Shown here: in pieces, positions 55,918 through 64,000 of the stretch
Numbering within the stretch: position 1 is the stretch's first letter
Layout of the letters: each line of letters starts with the position of its first letter
Assembly (NCBI GenBank): GCA_944324365.1
Contig: CALUWA010000006.1
Coordinates: forward strand, 1,113-65,112
Origin: Candidatus Gastranaerophilales bacterium
GTDB taxonomy: Bacteria; Cyanobacteriota; Vampirovibrionia; Gastranaerophilales; Gastranaerophilaceae
DNA length: 64,000 nucleotides
Reading direction: 5' to 3'
Notes under the pieces: model-generated
What the model was told of the DNA's origin: nothing
What the model saw: only the letters and a program-made list of their open reading frames with translations
Databases searched by the model: none
Program-made: the position numbers and the translations under genes

Positions 55918-57360
55918 TTACTGATTGTTCTGCTGCTGTTGTTCTTTTTCCTGCTGTTTTTGAAGTTTTGCGGCTTCTTTTGCCTTTTTGGCTTCTTCAC
56001 GCTGCTGTGCCTTTTTAGCTTTAGCCTCTTGCTGTGCTCGTTTCCTTTGCGCTTCAAGTTGGCGTTTCTCATCTAGTTGTTCTTGCAGGTCGTTATACTT
56101 TTCAACATTTTCATTATTAACCGTAGAACCTTCAAGGCTGTTTCTTAGCTTATAATCCTCTTTTTCACGTTTGAATTGTTCATCTACGGCCTGTAGTTTT
56201 TCTTTCCGTTCTTGTTTCAATTGTTTTACGATAGCTTTATCTTTAGCCTTTTCTCGTTTTGCCTCATCTTTGGCATATTTTTTTTCGGCTTTTTCTTGTG
56301 TTTTTGCAAGTGTATTCCTTACTACTCCATCCTGCACGATTTTAAACCCGTTTGAGGCAACTTCTATACTTCCGTTTTGCAAGGAAATTAATCTTGATTG
56401 TTCGCCTTTTGTATCAATTGTCCAAACCCCGAGAAATATCGGAGTATCGCCCGTATATGCATAAGCTGTTGCTAAAATTCTGTCCGGATTGCCTTTGCTG
56501 AAACCAAGCGGATACAAGTCCCAGCGTTTATCCGTAAGATTTAATCCTTTATATTCTTGCCAGAAATATTCAATCGCGTATCGCAGTTCAACAAGGTCAT
56601 AGGAAGTATGAGTTGTAAAGTCATACACAATTGCTCTGGTTTGCCAGATGCCATCTTCCGAACTGCCTATTTTTTCTTTTACTAACAATTTTTTGCTGTC
56701 TGCTGAAAAATCTATAGGGGTTAAGGTTCTGAATGCCGTGCTGTTTTTGACTTCTTTATCTGTTGAAAGAATTGGCTCCGGATACCTGTTTGCGATATTT
56801 GCTTTCAATATTTTGTTAACTGCGCTGTCGTTATCGCGAAGTGCAATCATAAATAAGTCGCATGTTACACTTTCCGATACCGGATAGTAGTATACGGCCG
56901 GATAAACCATTATGGAAAAATCCGGTGCCGTAATTCCCGGCAAATTTAGTTGGCGGGTTTTATATAAATCTCTGCTGATTGTAAGATTAGGACTTCCCGG
57001 CGGGTCGTTGTATCTTGCAAGTTTATATGTAGGCTGTGGTACGTATTGCATATCGTAAGGCTTTTCGACCTGTGGAATCCCATAATCAATAACGGCTTTA
57101 TCTTTTGGCTGGGATAACATTTCATATTCTTCTACAGTCATAAAGCCGGACGGATTTCTGTCCATAATTTTTCTTCCGTATTCTTCTTTAATACGTTCTT
57201 TTTCAACACGCTTTAAATATTCGGCCTCAATTGTGGCCTGGTCTTTCTTAAAGTCGACGCTGTTTTGAATATTGGTTTTAATTCTGTCCCAGTCAACTTC
57301 TGCCGACACGGAATTTATTGTTAATATTACGGCTGAAAGCAGCAATAATAACTTTCGCAT
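55918..57360 (-). CDS. secreted hypothetical protein with K/E/Q-rich coiled-coil C-terminus
   Basis: Signal peptide MRKLLLLLSAVILTINSVSA. The C-terminal ~130 aa are highly charged and low-complexity. Confidence 0.6.
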   Translation of the reverse strand: MRKLLLLLSAVILTINSVSAEVDWDRIKTNIQNSVDFKKDQATIEAEYLKRVEKERIKEEYGRKIMDRNPSGFMTVEEYEMLSQPKDKAVIDYGIPQVEKPYDMQYVPQPTYKLARYNDPPGSPNLTISRDLYKTRQLNLPGITAPDFSIMVYPAVYYYPVSESVTCDLFMIALRDNDSAVNKILKANIANRYPEPILSTDKEVKNSTAFRTLTPIDFSADSKKLLVKEKIGSSEDGIWQTRAIVYDFTTHTSYDLVELRYAIEYFWQEYKGLNLTDKRWDLYPLGFSKGNPDRILATAYAYTGDTPIFLGVWTIDTKGEQSRLISLQNGSIEVASNGFKIVQDGVVRNTLAKTQEKAEKKYAKDEAKREKAKDKAIVKQLKQERKEKLQAVDEQFKREKEDYKLRNSLEGSTVNNENVEKYNDLQEQLDEKRQLEAQRKRAQQEAKAKKAQQREEAKKAKEAAKLQKQQEKEQQQQNNQ

Positions 57361-57363
57361 AAT

Positions 57364-58029
57364 TTAGACAAGTCCTTCTTTCATTGCCATTGCTGTTGCT
57401 TTGGCGCGTGTTCTTACATATAATTTTTGCAAAATACTATGAACATGTGTTTTGGTTGTAGAAATTGTTATACAAAGTTTTTCTGATATCTGCGGGTTTG
57501 TAAGCCCGTCTACAATTAATGCCAAAACATCCATTTCGCGTTCTGTTAAGCCGTATAAATTTTTGCCGAGTTTGTAGTTAATTTCTCCGCGTCTGCCTTC
57601 CTGAACATTGCTTCTGCGTATATTGGTAAGCACAACCTTTGCAATAGCAGGATCAAGCCATCCAGTACCTTCGCTTACGGCAAGTACTGCAGAAATTGTC
57701 TGCTCAACCGTCGCTCCTTTTGTTATATAACCATCGGCACCCGCCTGAAAAGCATCAAATATATCATTTTCATCTTCTCTTGAGGTGTACATAAGCACTT
57801 TTATGTCCGGATTTTCTTCCTTGATGCGTCTTGTTGCTTCAATTCCGTCAATAGTCGGAAGCCCGATATCCATAATGACAAGATCCGGTCTTAATTTTAG
57901 CGCTTTTTCAACCCCTTCCAGACCATCAACGGCCATATCCGCAATCTCGATATTCTCGTTTTTGCTTAAAACTACGGATAATGCCACGCGTGCCATATCC
58001 TGATCTTCAATAATTAACACTTTAACCAT
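57364..58029 (-). CDS. NarL/LuxR-family response regulator
   Basis: REC domain (VLIIEDQD...DLVIMDIGLP) plus LuxR HTH (LTEREMDVLALIVDGLTNPQISEKLCITISTTKTHV). Confidence 0.92.
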   Translation of the reverse strand: MVKVLIIEDQDMARVALSVVLSKNENIEIADMAVDGLEGVEKALKLRPDLVIMDIGLPTIDGIEATRRIKEENPDIKVLMYTSREDENDIFDAFQAGADGYITKGATVEQTISAVLAVSEGTGWLDPAIAKVVLTNIRRSNVQEGRRGEINYKLGKNLYGLTEREMDVLALIVDGLTNPQISEKLCITISTTKTHVHSILQKLYVRTRAKATAMAMKEGLV

Positions 58030-59608
58030 TTACGACCTGTCTTTCTTCATTAACAACGTTTGTCAGAAGGAAGGTAAACTCACTCCCCTTATTAAGTTTG
58101 CTGTCAAGCCAAATTTTTCCGCCGTGAGCTTCTACAATCTGCCTTGATAAATATAAGCCCAAACCCGTTCCGGTAGAACGTTTTCTGCTTGTTCCCTGAG
58201 AAAATCTGTTGAACAGATGCGGAATATCTTCTTTCGGAATACCGTTTCCGTTATCGACTACGGAAAATATTAAATCTCCGGACTGAGCTTTTGCAATAAT
58301 TTGGATTTCTCCGTCTTTGTTTGTGTAATTTACTGCATTTCCGCATAAATTTATGATAACCCGTTTTAATTCGGCTTTATCTGCCAGAATTTCAACTTTA
58401 TCGTCAATATCACATTCCAATTTGAAAGCTATATTCTTTTTGTCAGCTAAAGGCTTGAGCTCGTCATAACACTGCGTTATCAAATCTTTTATAGGGAAAT
58501 TTGTTTTGCATAGTGTTAATTTGCCGCTCTCAAATCTGTAAACCTCTAGCAATGCATTAACTAGTCCGAGCAAATCTTCGTTGCTTTGGAGCATTGTGGA
58601 AAGCAGTACTCCCTGTTTTTCCTCAACAGGCCCAAGTGAACCGTCAAGGAAAAACTTCAAAGTCTGAATTGCAGCAAGAAGCGGAGTTCTCAAATCATGC
58701 GTAAGTGTCGCAATGAAATCATCTCTTAACCGTTCGGTTTCTTTTTGTTTGCTAACATCACGTATTACACCGACGTATTTTTCCGTATCATCTTCCGTGC
58801 TTATTGCCGCAAAATTAATTTCCACAGGGATTTCTGTTTTTCCAAGGGTGTTTACTATTACGCAGTTTTCAACCAGAACGTCGTTTTTATCTCTATCCAG
58901 TCCGAAAATTGTACCTGATTTGTTATCAAGTGACTGGTTGCCGCTTTTTGTTGTGATATATGCAATTTCCTGAAATTTCTTTTTCTTAAGTGCGGCTTCG
59001 CTTAATCCTGTCATGTTTTCACAAGCCGGATTTGCCTGTTCTATATTGCCTTTTTTATCTATAATAATTATTCCGTCGGCGCAGTAGTTAATTATCCCGG
59101 CAAGTTTGCTGTTAGAAATTGTGAGTTCCTTCGTTCTTTCCGCAACAAGTTTTTCCAAATTGTTTGAATATTCTTCCAGCAGCCCTTTTGCCTTTTCAAG
59201 TTCCGTGATTTTATCTCTTAAGTTCGACAAAAGATGACTTCTTTCGATACCGTTTCTTATATTCATAAGCAAGTCATCGTTATCCCAAGGCTTTTCAATG
59301 TATTTGTATAAGCCAATTTCATTAATTGCCTTTATTGCGTTTTCTTTGTCCGCATAGCCTGTAAGCAAAATCATACTGACTTCCGGGTACAATTCTTTAG
59401 CTTTTGTCAGAAACTCAAGCCCGTTCATTTCAGGCATTAAAAAGTCTGAAATAATTATATCCGGTATATTGTTTTCTATGTATGCTATGGCTTCTTTTGG
59501 GGAATTAAAACAATTCACATTCGTATAGCCCTCAACTTTAAGCAGTGTCTTAAACGCCGAGGTAACCATTTTTTCATCGTCAACTAAAATAATCTGCGCA
59601 TTTTTCAT
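58022..59608 (-). CDS. hybrid sensor kinase (REC-PAS-HisKA-HATPase_c)
   Basis: N-terminal receiver (ILVDDEK...IISDFLMPEMNG), PAS-like segment, H-box THDLRTPL and G-boxes DNGNGI / GTGLGLYLSR. Confidence 0.9.
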   Translation of the reverse strand: MKNAQIILVDDEKMVTSAFKTLLKVEGYTNVNCFNSPKEAIAYIENNIPDIIISDFLMPEMNGLEFLTKAKELYPEVSMILLTGYADKENAIKAINEIGLYKYIEKPWDNDDLLMNIRNGIERSHLLSNLRDKITELEKAKGLLEEYSNNLEKLVAERTKELTISNSKLAGIINYCADGIIIIDKKGNIEQANPACENMTGLSEAALKKKKFQEIAYITTKSGNQSLDNKSGTIFGLDRDKNDVLVENCVIVNTLGKTEIPVEINFAAISTEDDTEKYVGVIRDVSKQKETERLRDDFIATLTHDLRTPLLAAIQTLKFFLDGSLGPVEEKQGVLLSTMLQSNEDLLGLVNALLEVYRFESGKLTLCKTNFPIKDLITQCYDELKPLADKKNIAFKLECDIDDKVEILADKAELKRVIINLCGNAVNYTNKDGEIQIIAKAQSGDLIFSVVDNGNGIPKEDIPHLFNRFSQGTSRKRSTGTGLGLYLSRQIVEAHGGKIWLDSKLNKGSEFTFLLTNVVNEERQVVNG

Positions 59609-59674
59609 AATACCAATATTATAGGATATTTTGCGCCGCCGGACAAATTCGTTACAAAGTTGAAATAATTTGTT

Positions 59675-60598
59675 TTATGAAGCTTTTTCAATTTCGTTCA
59701 TAATTCTGTCGGGGTTAATTGTTAAAGTGCCGCGGTTTTGAAGTGCATTGTTCAAATTTTCAATATAAGAGGCTTTATTTCCTTCATATTTTGCTATTTG
59801 CGCAATATAATAGTATAAATTTCCAATATCCGGGCATTCATTAATTGCGTACATCAGCATATTTTTTGCGTCTTCAAATAACCCCATTTTTGCAAGAATT
59901 TTGGCATAATTTATGTATGCCTGTTCGTCTTTAGGGTTAAGTTCAATTGTTTTATCAAGGTTAAGCGCGACACTTTCGTAATCTTCTTCTTCAAAGGCTA
60001 TCGAAGCAAGATTATAATAAGCCCAGCTGTAATCTGGAGAAATACTCAGAACTTTTTGAAAACATTCTTTTGCTCCGTCAAGTTCGCCCATTTCTCTTAA
60101 AATATTGCCCATATAGAAATATGCATATAAATCGTTGTCGTTTAAGTCGATTGTGTTTTGAAAATTCATCATGGCATTGACAAGATCACCTTTTTTGAAA
60201 TAACAAATTCCGATATTAAAATAGGAGTTTGAATCGTTTGAATCCTGCTGCAAAACTTTTTTAAAACACTTAATCCCTTCGTCATATTTTTGCAATTCCG
60301 TATATACAAGCCCAAGGTTATAAACGGCATCAATTTCCTGAGGTGCGATTTCCAGGCATTTTAGGTAAGCTTCTTGGGCTTTTTTAAATTCTTTTTGCTT
60401 TTCGTATGCTATGCCTAAGTTATAATATATTGCACTGTCGTCAGGAAAGGTTTTTGCAAGATATAACAGGTGCTGTGCCGCTTCTTTCGGGAAACCTGCG
60501 TCTATTAATAATATGGCAAGCTCTCTTCTTGCCTGGAAGTTTTGCGGATCTTCGCGCAGAATTTCTTGTAACTCTTCGATTTTTTCTTCGTTCGCCAT
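59675..60598 (-). CDS. tetratricopeptide-repeat protein
   Basis: About 8 consecutive 34-aa TPR units (AxYNLGxxYxxxGxxxEAxxxFxKALxxxP pattern). Confidence 0.85.
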   Translation of the reverse strand: MANEEKIEELQEILREDPQNFQARRELAILLIDAGFPKEAAQHLLYLAKTFPDDSAIYYNLGIAYEKQKEFKKAQEAYLKCLEIAPQEIDAVYNLGLVYTELQKYDEGIKCFKKVLQQDSNDSNSYFNIGICYFKKGDLVNAMMNFQNTIDLNDNDLYAYFYMGNILREMGELDGAKECFQKVLSISPDYSWAYYNLASIAFEEEDYESVALNLDKTIELNPKDEQAYINYAKILAKMGLFEDAKNMLMYAINECPDIGNLYYYIAQIAKYEGNKASYIENLNNALQNRGTLTINPDRIMNEIEKAS

Positions 60599-61266
60599 AG
60601 TTTAATTTTAACAATACTGCGGCTAAAGTGCAAGTTTTATATTTAGTGCCTGAGGTACGATACTATAACGCTTCTTGGATTATTGGCGGCTCGACCGGCT
60701 CAACGCAGCTCTCGCCTGGACGAGTTTCGCTGCGCTCACTCTTGCCAAAATCTGCTTCGCTGTGCGAGACGCACTATTAGTAGTATTTATTGTTCATTTT
60801 CTCTTTTTTATTGCGAAGAAAAAAGCGGATTGTGAGCGTAGAGTGAAGAGCGTTGCCATAGGGCAATGCTCTGGAACTCGTAATACGCGAACAACCAAGC
60901 AGAGAAAACGAACCAAAAGAGAAAAACACGCAATCGTTTTTTGCGCTGCCTGCGGCATCGCTTTGACCGAATGGATATACGTTCCGTTTGCTTCGCAAAC
61001 GAAATCGTTAAGCGCTGCTAAGGACAACGCAGCGCAATAAATCGTCATTCAGAGGGCGAAGCCCGAAGAATCTCCTTAAATGAGAGATCCTTCGCTAACG
61101 CTCAGGATGACACTAAGAGTCATTGCGAGGAGCTTTGCGACGAAGCAATCCACTAGGTTAAAGCGTATTCTCCTGGATTGCTTCGCTAGCGCTCGCAATG
61201 ACGTAAAAAGTGCTGCGTTGTCCTTAGCAGCGCAGCGTCATGTAAAAGAGGACTGTGGCCTCCCCC

Positions 61267-61295
61267 TTGCAAAATTTGTGAACGTCGTTTATACT
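61267..61295 (+). promoter_or_regulatory. sigma70-type promoter of pilin-like locus D
   Basis: TTGCAA (61267-61272), 17-nt spacer, TATACT (61290-61295), followed by AAAAGGAGGA and ATG 61318. Confidence 0.55.
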
Positions 61296-61348
61296 AATAG
61301 AAAAGGAGGATATAGATATGCAAAAGTCAAGTATAGCGCGGAAACACC

Positions 61349-61358
61349 GGGAGGGGGG
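61349..61358 (+). repeat. interrupted G tract (G3-A-G6) after the upstream ATG of pilin-like D
   Basis: Located 10 codons after ATG 61318. The assembled frame stops at TAA 61369-61371. Confidence 0.9.
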
Positions 61359-61603
61359 TATCTGCATCTAAGTCAGGGCAAGGGTTTGTGCCCGTTTGCC
61401 ATTGCGGCGAGCCTGAGGCTCTACACTATGACGCTGCGCTTCGTGGAATGCTACAATTAATCCAAGAGAAGAGATCGCGGACAAACCTTTGGTTTTCCGC
61501 GATGACATGTGGCTGGCGGAAGGTTCCAAAACCTGTCATCACGCACTTGTTGCGCGATCTATGAATTGCTTCGTCGCAAGCTCCTCGCAATGACGAGAAA
61601 TAT

Positions 61604-62392
61604 TTGCTTAGCAACCCTTTACTGAAAATCCGACCTTGCAATGACAGGAAAAAGAGTTTCTTCGGATTTCATCCTCAGAATGACATAGCAAAGAAAGCGG
61701 CGTTTACGCTTGCGGAGGTGCTGATTACGCTTGGTATAATCGGTGTAATCGCAGCATTGACATTACCCGGACTGCTTGCAGAGTATTCAAAGGTTGTGGT
61801 TGAAACAAAATTAAAAAAATTCTATTCCCAGATAAATCAGGCAGTACAGTTATCAGAAGCAGAGTATGGGGATAGAGCATACTGGCATCTTGGCGTAAAT
61901 ACTCTGGAATTTGATGAGAATGGAAAACCTATTCCGGGTACATCTTCTGTTGAGCAATGGTTTATGAAGTATATAGCTTCTCATATGACAGTAATTAAAG
62001 TTGATTATGATGATAATGCCAGACCAACGTTTTATTTTAAAGATGGTACGGCCTTAAAGCAAATGAATGGTTCTATCCAATCTTCTCATGAGGATTGGAA
62101 TCAGGATTGGATGTTTTATACTTCAAATCCGGAAAAATGTGAAAAGTTATATGGTTCTGAATATAAAGCACGAGGTCGATGCAGTTTTGCATTTATGTAT
62201 TTGACTGTTAGCGATGATCCTGCCTATAAAAATTTGGTAGGTAAAGGATTTGAGCCTTATAAGTATCGTTGGGATGGAACTGTTCGCTATTTTAAGGAAA
62301 GATGTAAAACTCAGCCTGAATACTGCACAGCCTGGATTCATTTGAACGGGTGGAAAATTCCTGATGATTATCCGTTTAAGGTTTCTTATTAA
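61604..62392 (+). CDS. type IV pilin-like protein D (possibly silent or decayed expression site)
   Basis: AKKAA|FTLAEVLITLGIIGVIAALTLP. C-terminus NGWKIPDDYPFKVSY is related to A and C. The track start is a TTG without an SD. The pilin frame is open back to the G tract except for one TGA at 61562-61564. Confidence 0.7.
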   Translation: MLSNPLLKIRPCNDRKKSFFGFHPQNDIAKKAAFTLAEVLITLGIIGVIAALTLPGLLAEYSKVVVETKLKKFYSQINQAVQLSEAEYGDRAYWHLGVNTLEFDENGKPIPGTSSVEQWFMKYIASHMTVIKVDYDDNARPTFYFKDGTALKQMNGSIQSSHEDWNQDWMFYTSNPEKCEKLYGSEYKARGRCSFAFMYLTVSDDPAYKNLVGKGFEPYKYRWDGTVRYFKERCKTQPEYCTAWIHLNGWKIPDDYPFKVSY

Positions 62393-62396
62393 TAAA

Positions 62397-62428
62397 AAAT
62401 CCCCTCTTTTATAAGAGGGGATTTTTAT
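62397..62428. terminator. bidirectional rho-independent terminator
   Basis: AAATCCCCTCTT-TTAT-AAGAGGGGATTT plus T run. Confidence 0.65.
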
Positions 62429-63579
62429 TATTCGTATATCCAACCGTTTGTAAGATCGATTTTTAGAGGTTTAAGCAGTTTCAAATAAACTGTATCTTCA
62501 GGTGTTGCCTCAAGTTGTTCGCCTTTTAATGTTGCTCTTACAAACTTCATAAACCAGTTTCTGTCTTTATGAAGCTCGCCTGTTGCCGCAAATTCCGCAA
62601 CCTGGTCATTGTTTGTTGTGATTAGTGAGTTTTGTAATACTAACACACCGTTTCTGACAAACCATTTGCCGCTTCTTACATCAAGGAGTTGGCCTTTTAG
62701 ATTTGAATTAGCATAAATTAAGATAAATTTTTCCTTTGTAATGTAGTTTTGCGGAACTAATGCAACATACATATCTCCGGACTGAGAAGTTTTTGTTGAT
62801 ACGTATTTTGTAATTTTTACAGGAAATTCCGCTCCGGCAGGAATTGTTCCGACACTTCCCTGAACAGTAGCACCCGGAATAACAAATCCTTCGCCGGTTT
62901 TCTTTCTCATCGCTTCTGCAAGTTTTGCATTAGGATTTAATTTTGCCTGTTCTGTCATATTGTACAAAATAGCTGCAACTTCCGCTCTTGTTGCAGGACG
63001 TTCCGGTTCAAGTTTTACTTCGTCGCTGCCCGGTTTTACAACAATCATGTTTAAAATTTCTGATTTACCGGCAGGAATTAAAAAGCTTGCAGGAATAGAA
63101 TTTGCATCTGCATATTTTTTAGATAAAACTTCTTTTGCTTTTGCTTCGCTAATCTGTTCTGTTGTAAGCGCGTTAACTGCAATTGTCGTTGCTTCTTCTC
63201 TTGAAACGCTGTCTGCCGGTCTGAATTCCGATCCGTCTTTTTCACTTGAGATTAAGTCAAAATATACTGCCTTTTGGATTGAATCGTATGCCCAAAAATC
63301 AGGTGTAATATCTGTGTAAGTTATCGGCTGTGCAATTTTGGTGTGTTCTTGTCCGAGAGCTTTTATTGCCATTGTTGCAAATTCCGCTCTTGTTACATTT
63401 TCATCAGGTTTAAATGTTCCATCAGGATACCCTACAATAACACCTTTGTCTGTTAAATCTTCAATCTGCTTTGCAGCCCAGTAGTCTGTTGCTACATCAG
63501 GAAACTGGAATGCATTTGCCGGCATTAAACAAAATGCGGCTATTGCTGCAGAAATGAAAATTTTGAATAATCTTTTCAT
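62428..63579 (-). CDS. SLH-domain protein with C-terminal VirB10/TrbI-like signature (paralog 4)
   Basis: Signal peptide. Three S-layer-homology repeats (FPDVATDYWAAKQIEDLTDKGVIVGYPDGTFKPDENVTRAEFA...). The C-terminal part reads IPGATVQGSVGTIPAGAEFPVKITKYVSTKTSQSGDMYVAL. Confidence 0.8.
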   Translation of the reverse strand: MKRLFKIFISAAIAAFCLMPANAFQFPDVATDYWAAKQIEDLTDKGVIVGYPDGTFKPDENVTRAEFATMAIKALGQEHTKIAQPITYTDITPDFWAYDSIQKAVYFDLISSEKDGSEFRPADSVSREEATTIAVNALTTEQISEAKAKEVLSKKYADANSIPASFLIPAGKSEILNMIVVKPGSDEVKLEPERPATRAEVAAILYNMTEQAKLNPNAKLAEAMRKKTGEGFVIPGATVQGSVGTIPAGAEFPVKITKYVSTKTSQSGDMYVALVPQNYITKEKFILIYANSNLKGQLLDVRSGKWFVRNGVLVLQNSLITTNNDQVAEFAATGELHKDRNWFMKFVRATLKGEQLEATPEDTVYLKLLKPLKIDLTNGWIYE

Positions 63580-63819
63580 CTTTACTACTCTCCTATATAA
63601 AATAACCCTCCAACATGTTAAATTGAATATTTATTTATCTCAAGTTGATTTAAAGAAATGTAAATGATTATCTTTCAACTTTATAATGATATTTAAAATT
63701 TTTCTGCAAGAGAATATTGTATGTGGTCGATGGGCAGTTTTGCTGATCGAGAAGATATTCAGAGCTTTATAAATAAAAGATTCCTGTTAAGTTTTTGTTA
63801 AAAAATATTAATTATACAC

Positions 63820-63847
63820 TTGCAAAACATCGAACCCGAGTTATAAT
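63820..63847 (+). promoter_or_regulatory. sigma70-type promoter reading out of the window
   Basis: TTGCAA (63820-63825), 16-nt spacer, TATAAT (63842-63847), followed by the palindrome TAGATATAT-AAA-ATATATCTA (63850-63870). No ORF follows within the window. Confidence 0.4.
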
Positions 63848-64000
63848 GTAGATATATAAAATATATCTAATATAAATCAAAAAGAGATAAGATATTAATA
63901 AAAGTAAAGAATCTACGAGAAGAAGCAATCAATATTGAAGAAAAGCATAACGCATGCCGAGTAACAAGGTGTGCGAAGTGAGCAATTAACTACGAGGATT

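Larger units (their letters stand above)
60646..61640. repeat. repeat island: leader-module fragments and GTCAT...ATGAC palindromes upstream of and within the leader of pilin-like D
   Basis: 60646-60690 is homologous to 55702-55658 (the VPEVR(H/Y)YNASWIIGG segment of locus C). A 24-bp inverted repeat GCGCTGCTAAGGACAACGCAGCGC (61012-61035 / 61210-61233, 23 of 24) brackets modules at 61044-61111, 61119-61151 and 61175-61202. ATCGCGGA-N14-TCCGCGAT lies at 61474-61503. IASSQAPRNDE- and PCND-type units lie at ~61565-61640. Confidence 0.85.

Noticed and set aside
61562-61564. TGA recoding (Gly or Trp) that would make the locus D leader continuous
   Set aside because: TGA is used as a genuine stop by well-supported genes in this window (for example 14228-14230 and 38141-38143). 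An alternative genetic code is therefore not supported.
60675-61641. ORFs 60675-61040(+), 60777-60998(-), 60794-61048(-), 61080-61460(+) and 61426-61641(-) in the repeat island
   Set aside because: They are translations of palindromic repeat DNA, which is open on both strands because of the hairpin symmetry. They lack SD sequences, overlap each other and consist of repeat-derived peptides (SLTLRMT, VIARSFATKQS). They are not credible genes.
63880-64000. Start of an rRNA operon at the window end
   Set aside because: No 16S 5' consensus (AGAGTTTGATC...) is present within the window. Only a promoter and leader-like sequence is visible, so no rRNA feature can be supported.

Overview
This is an AT-rich 64-kb chromosomal window from a diderm-type anaerobe. 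Gene content includes an SLH-domain protein, TonB-ExbB-ExbD-ExbD, a TPS-domain beta-helix exoprotein, RNase Y/YmdB, RicT, SMC-ScpA-ScpB, AdhE, a reverse rubrerythrin and many pilin-like genes with the N-terminus AFTLAEVLITLGIIG. That content resembles gut Melainabacteria/Vampirovibrionia (Gastranaerophilales-like), but this placement is inference only. About 85% of the window is ordinary housekeeping: adhE, ccdA, ribH, murQ, gpsA, maf, rny, ymdB, deoC, metF, gatA, folP, smc, scpAB, rpsU, sdaAB/AA, two tRNA-Arg genes and two two-component systems.

The stand-out is a dispersed family of four type IV pilin-like genes: A 3563-4720(-), B 11354-12172(-), C 54875-55702(-) and D 61604-62392(+). Each is fed by the same unusual 5' architecture:
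- a strong SD plus ATG, preceded in A, C and D by a recognisable sigma70-type promoter;
- 10-14 codons, then a homopolymeric G tract;
- a very long leader (47 to about 200 codons) that ends in an Ala(-1)|FTLAEV prepilin site.

In loci A, C and D the leader is assembled from GC-rich GTCAT...ATGAC palindromic repeat modules that nevertheless stay open in the pilin frame. The G-tract length sets the frame. G14 is in frame in B. G12 is out of frame in C, where one G fewer restores the full ORF. A and D carry interrupted tracts, and D has an extra in-frame TGA. I read this as a slipped-strand phase-variation system for a pilin-like paralog family with repeat-built leader peptides.

Other notable structures:
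- two near-identical 207-bp tandem units next to tRNA-Arg(CCT), each carrying the tRNA 3' end and folding into a closed multi-stem structure;
- a 690-bp direct duplication of the SPFH gene 3' end, bracketing pilin B plus a Fur-family regulator, with almost purely synonymous divergence and a 188-nt identical core;
- a Rex-like box at adhE;
- a perfect 7-1-7 operator candidate at the Fur-family gene;
- four paralogous VirB10/TrbI-like secreted proteins;
- a doubly frameshifted acetyltransferase;
- a recurring TTTGTAACAAA promoter-region palindrome.

No CRISPR array, integrase, transposase or rRNA could be supported.
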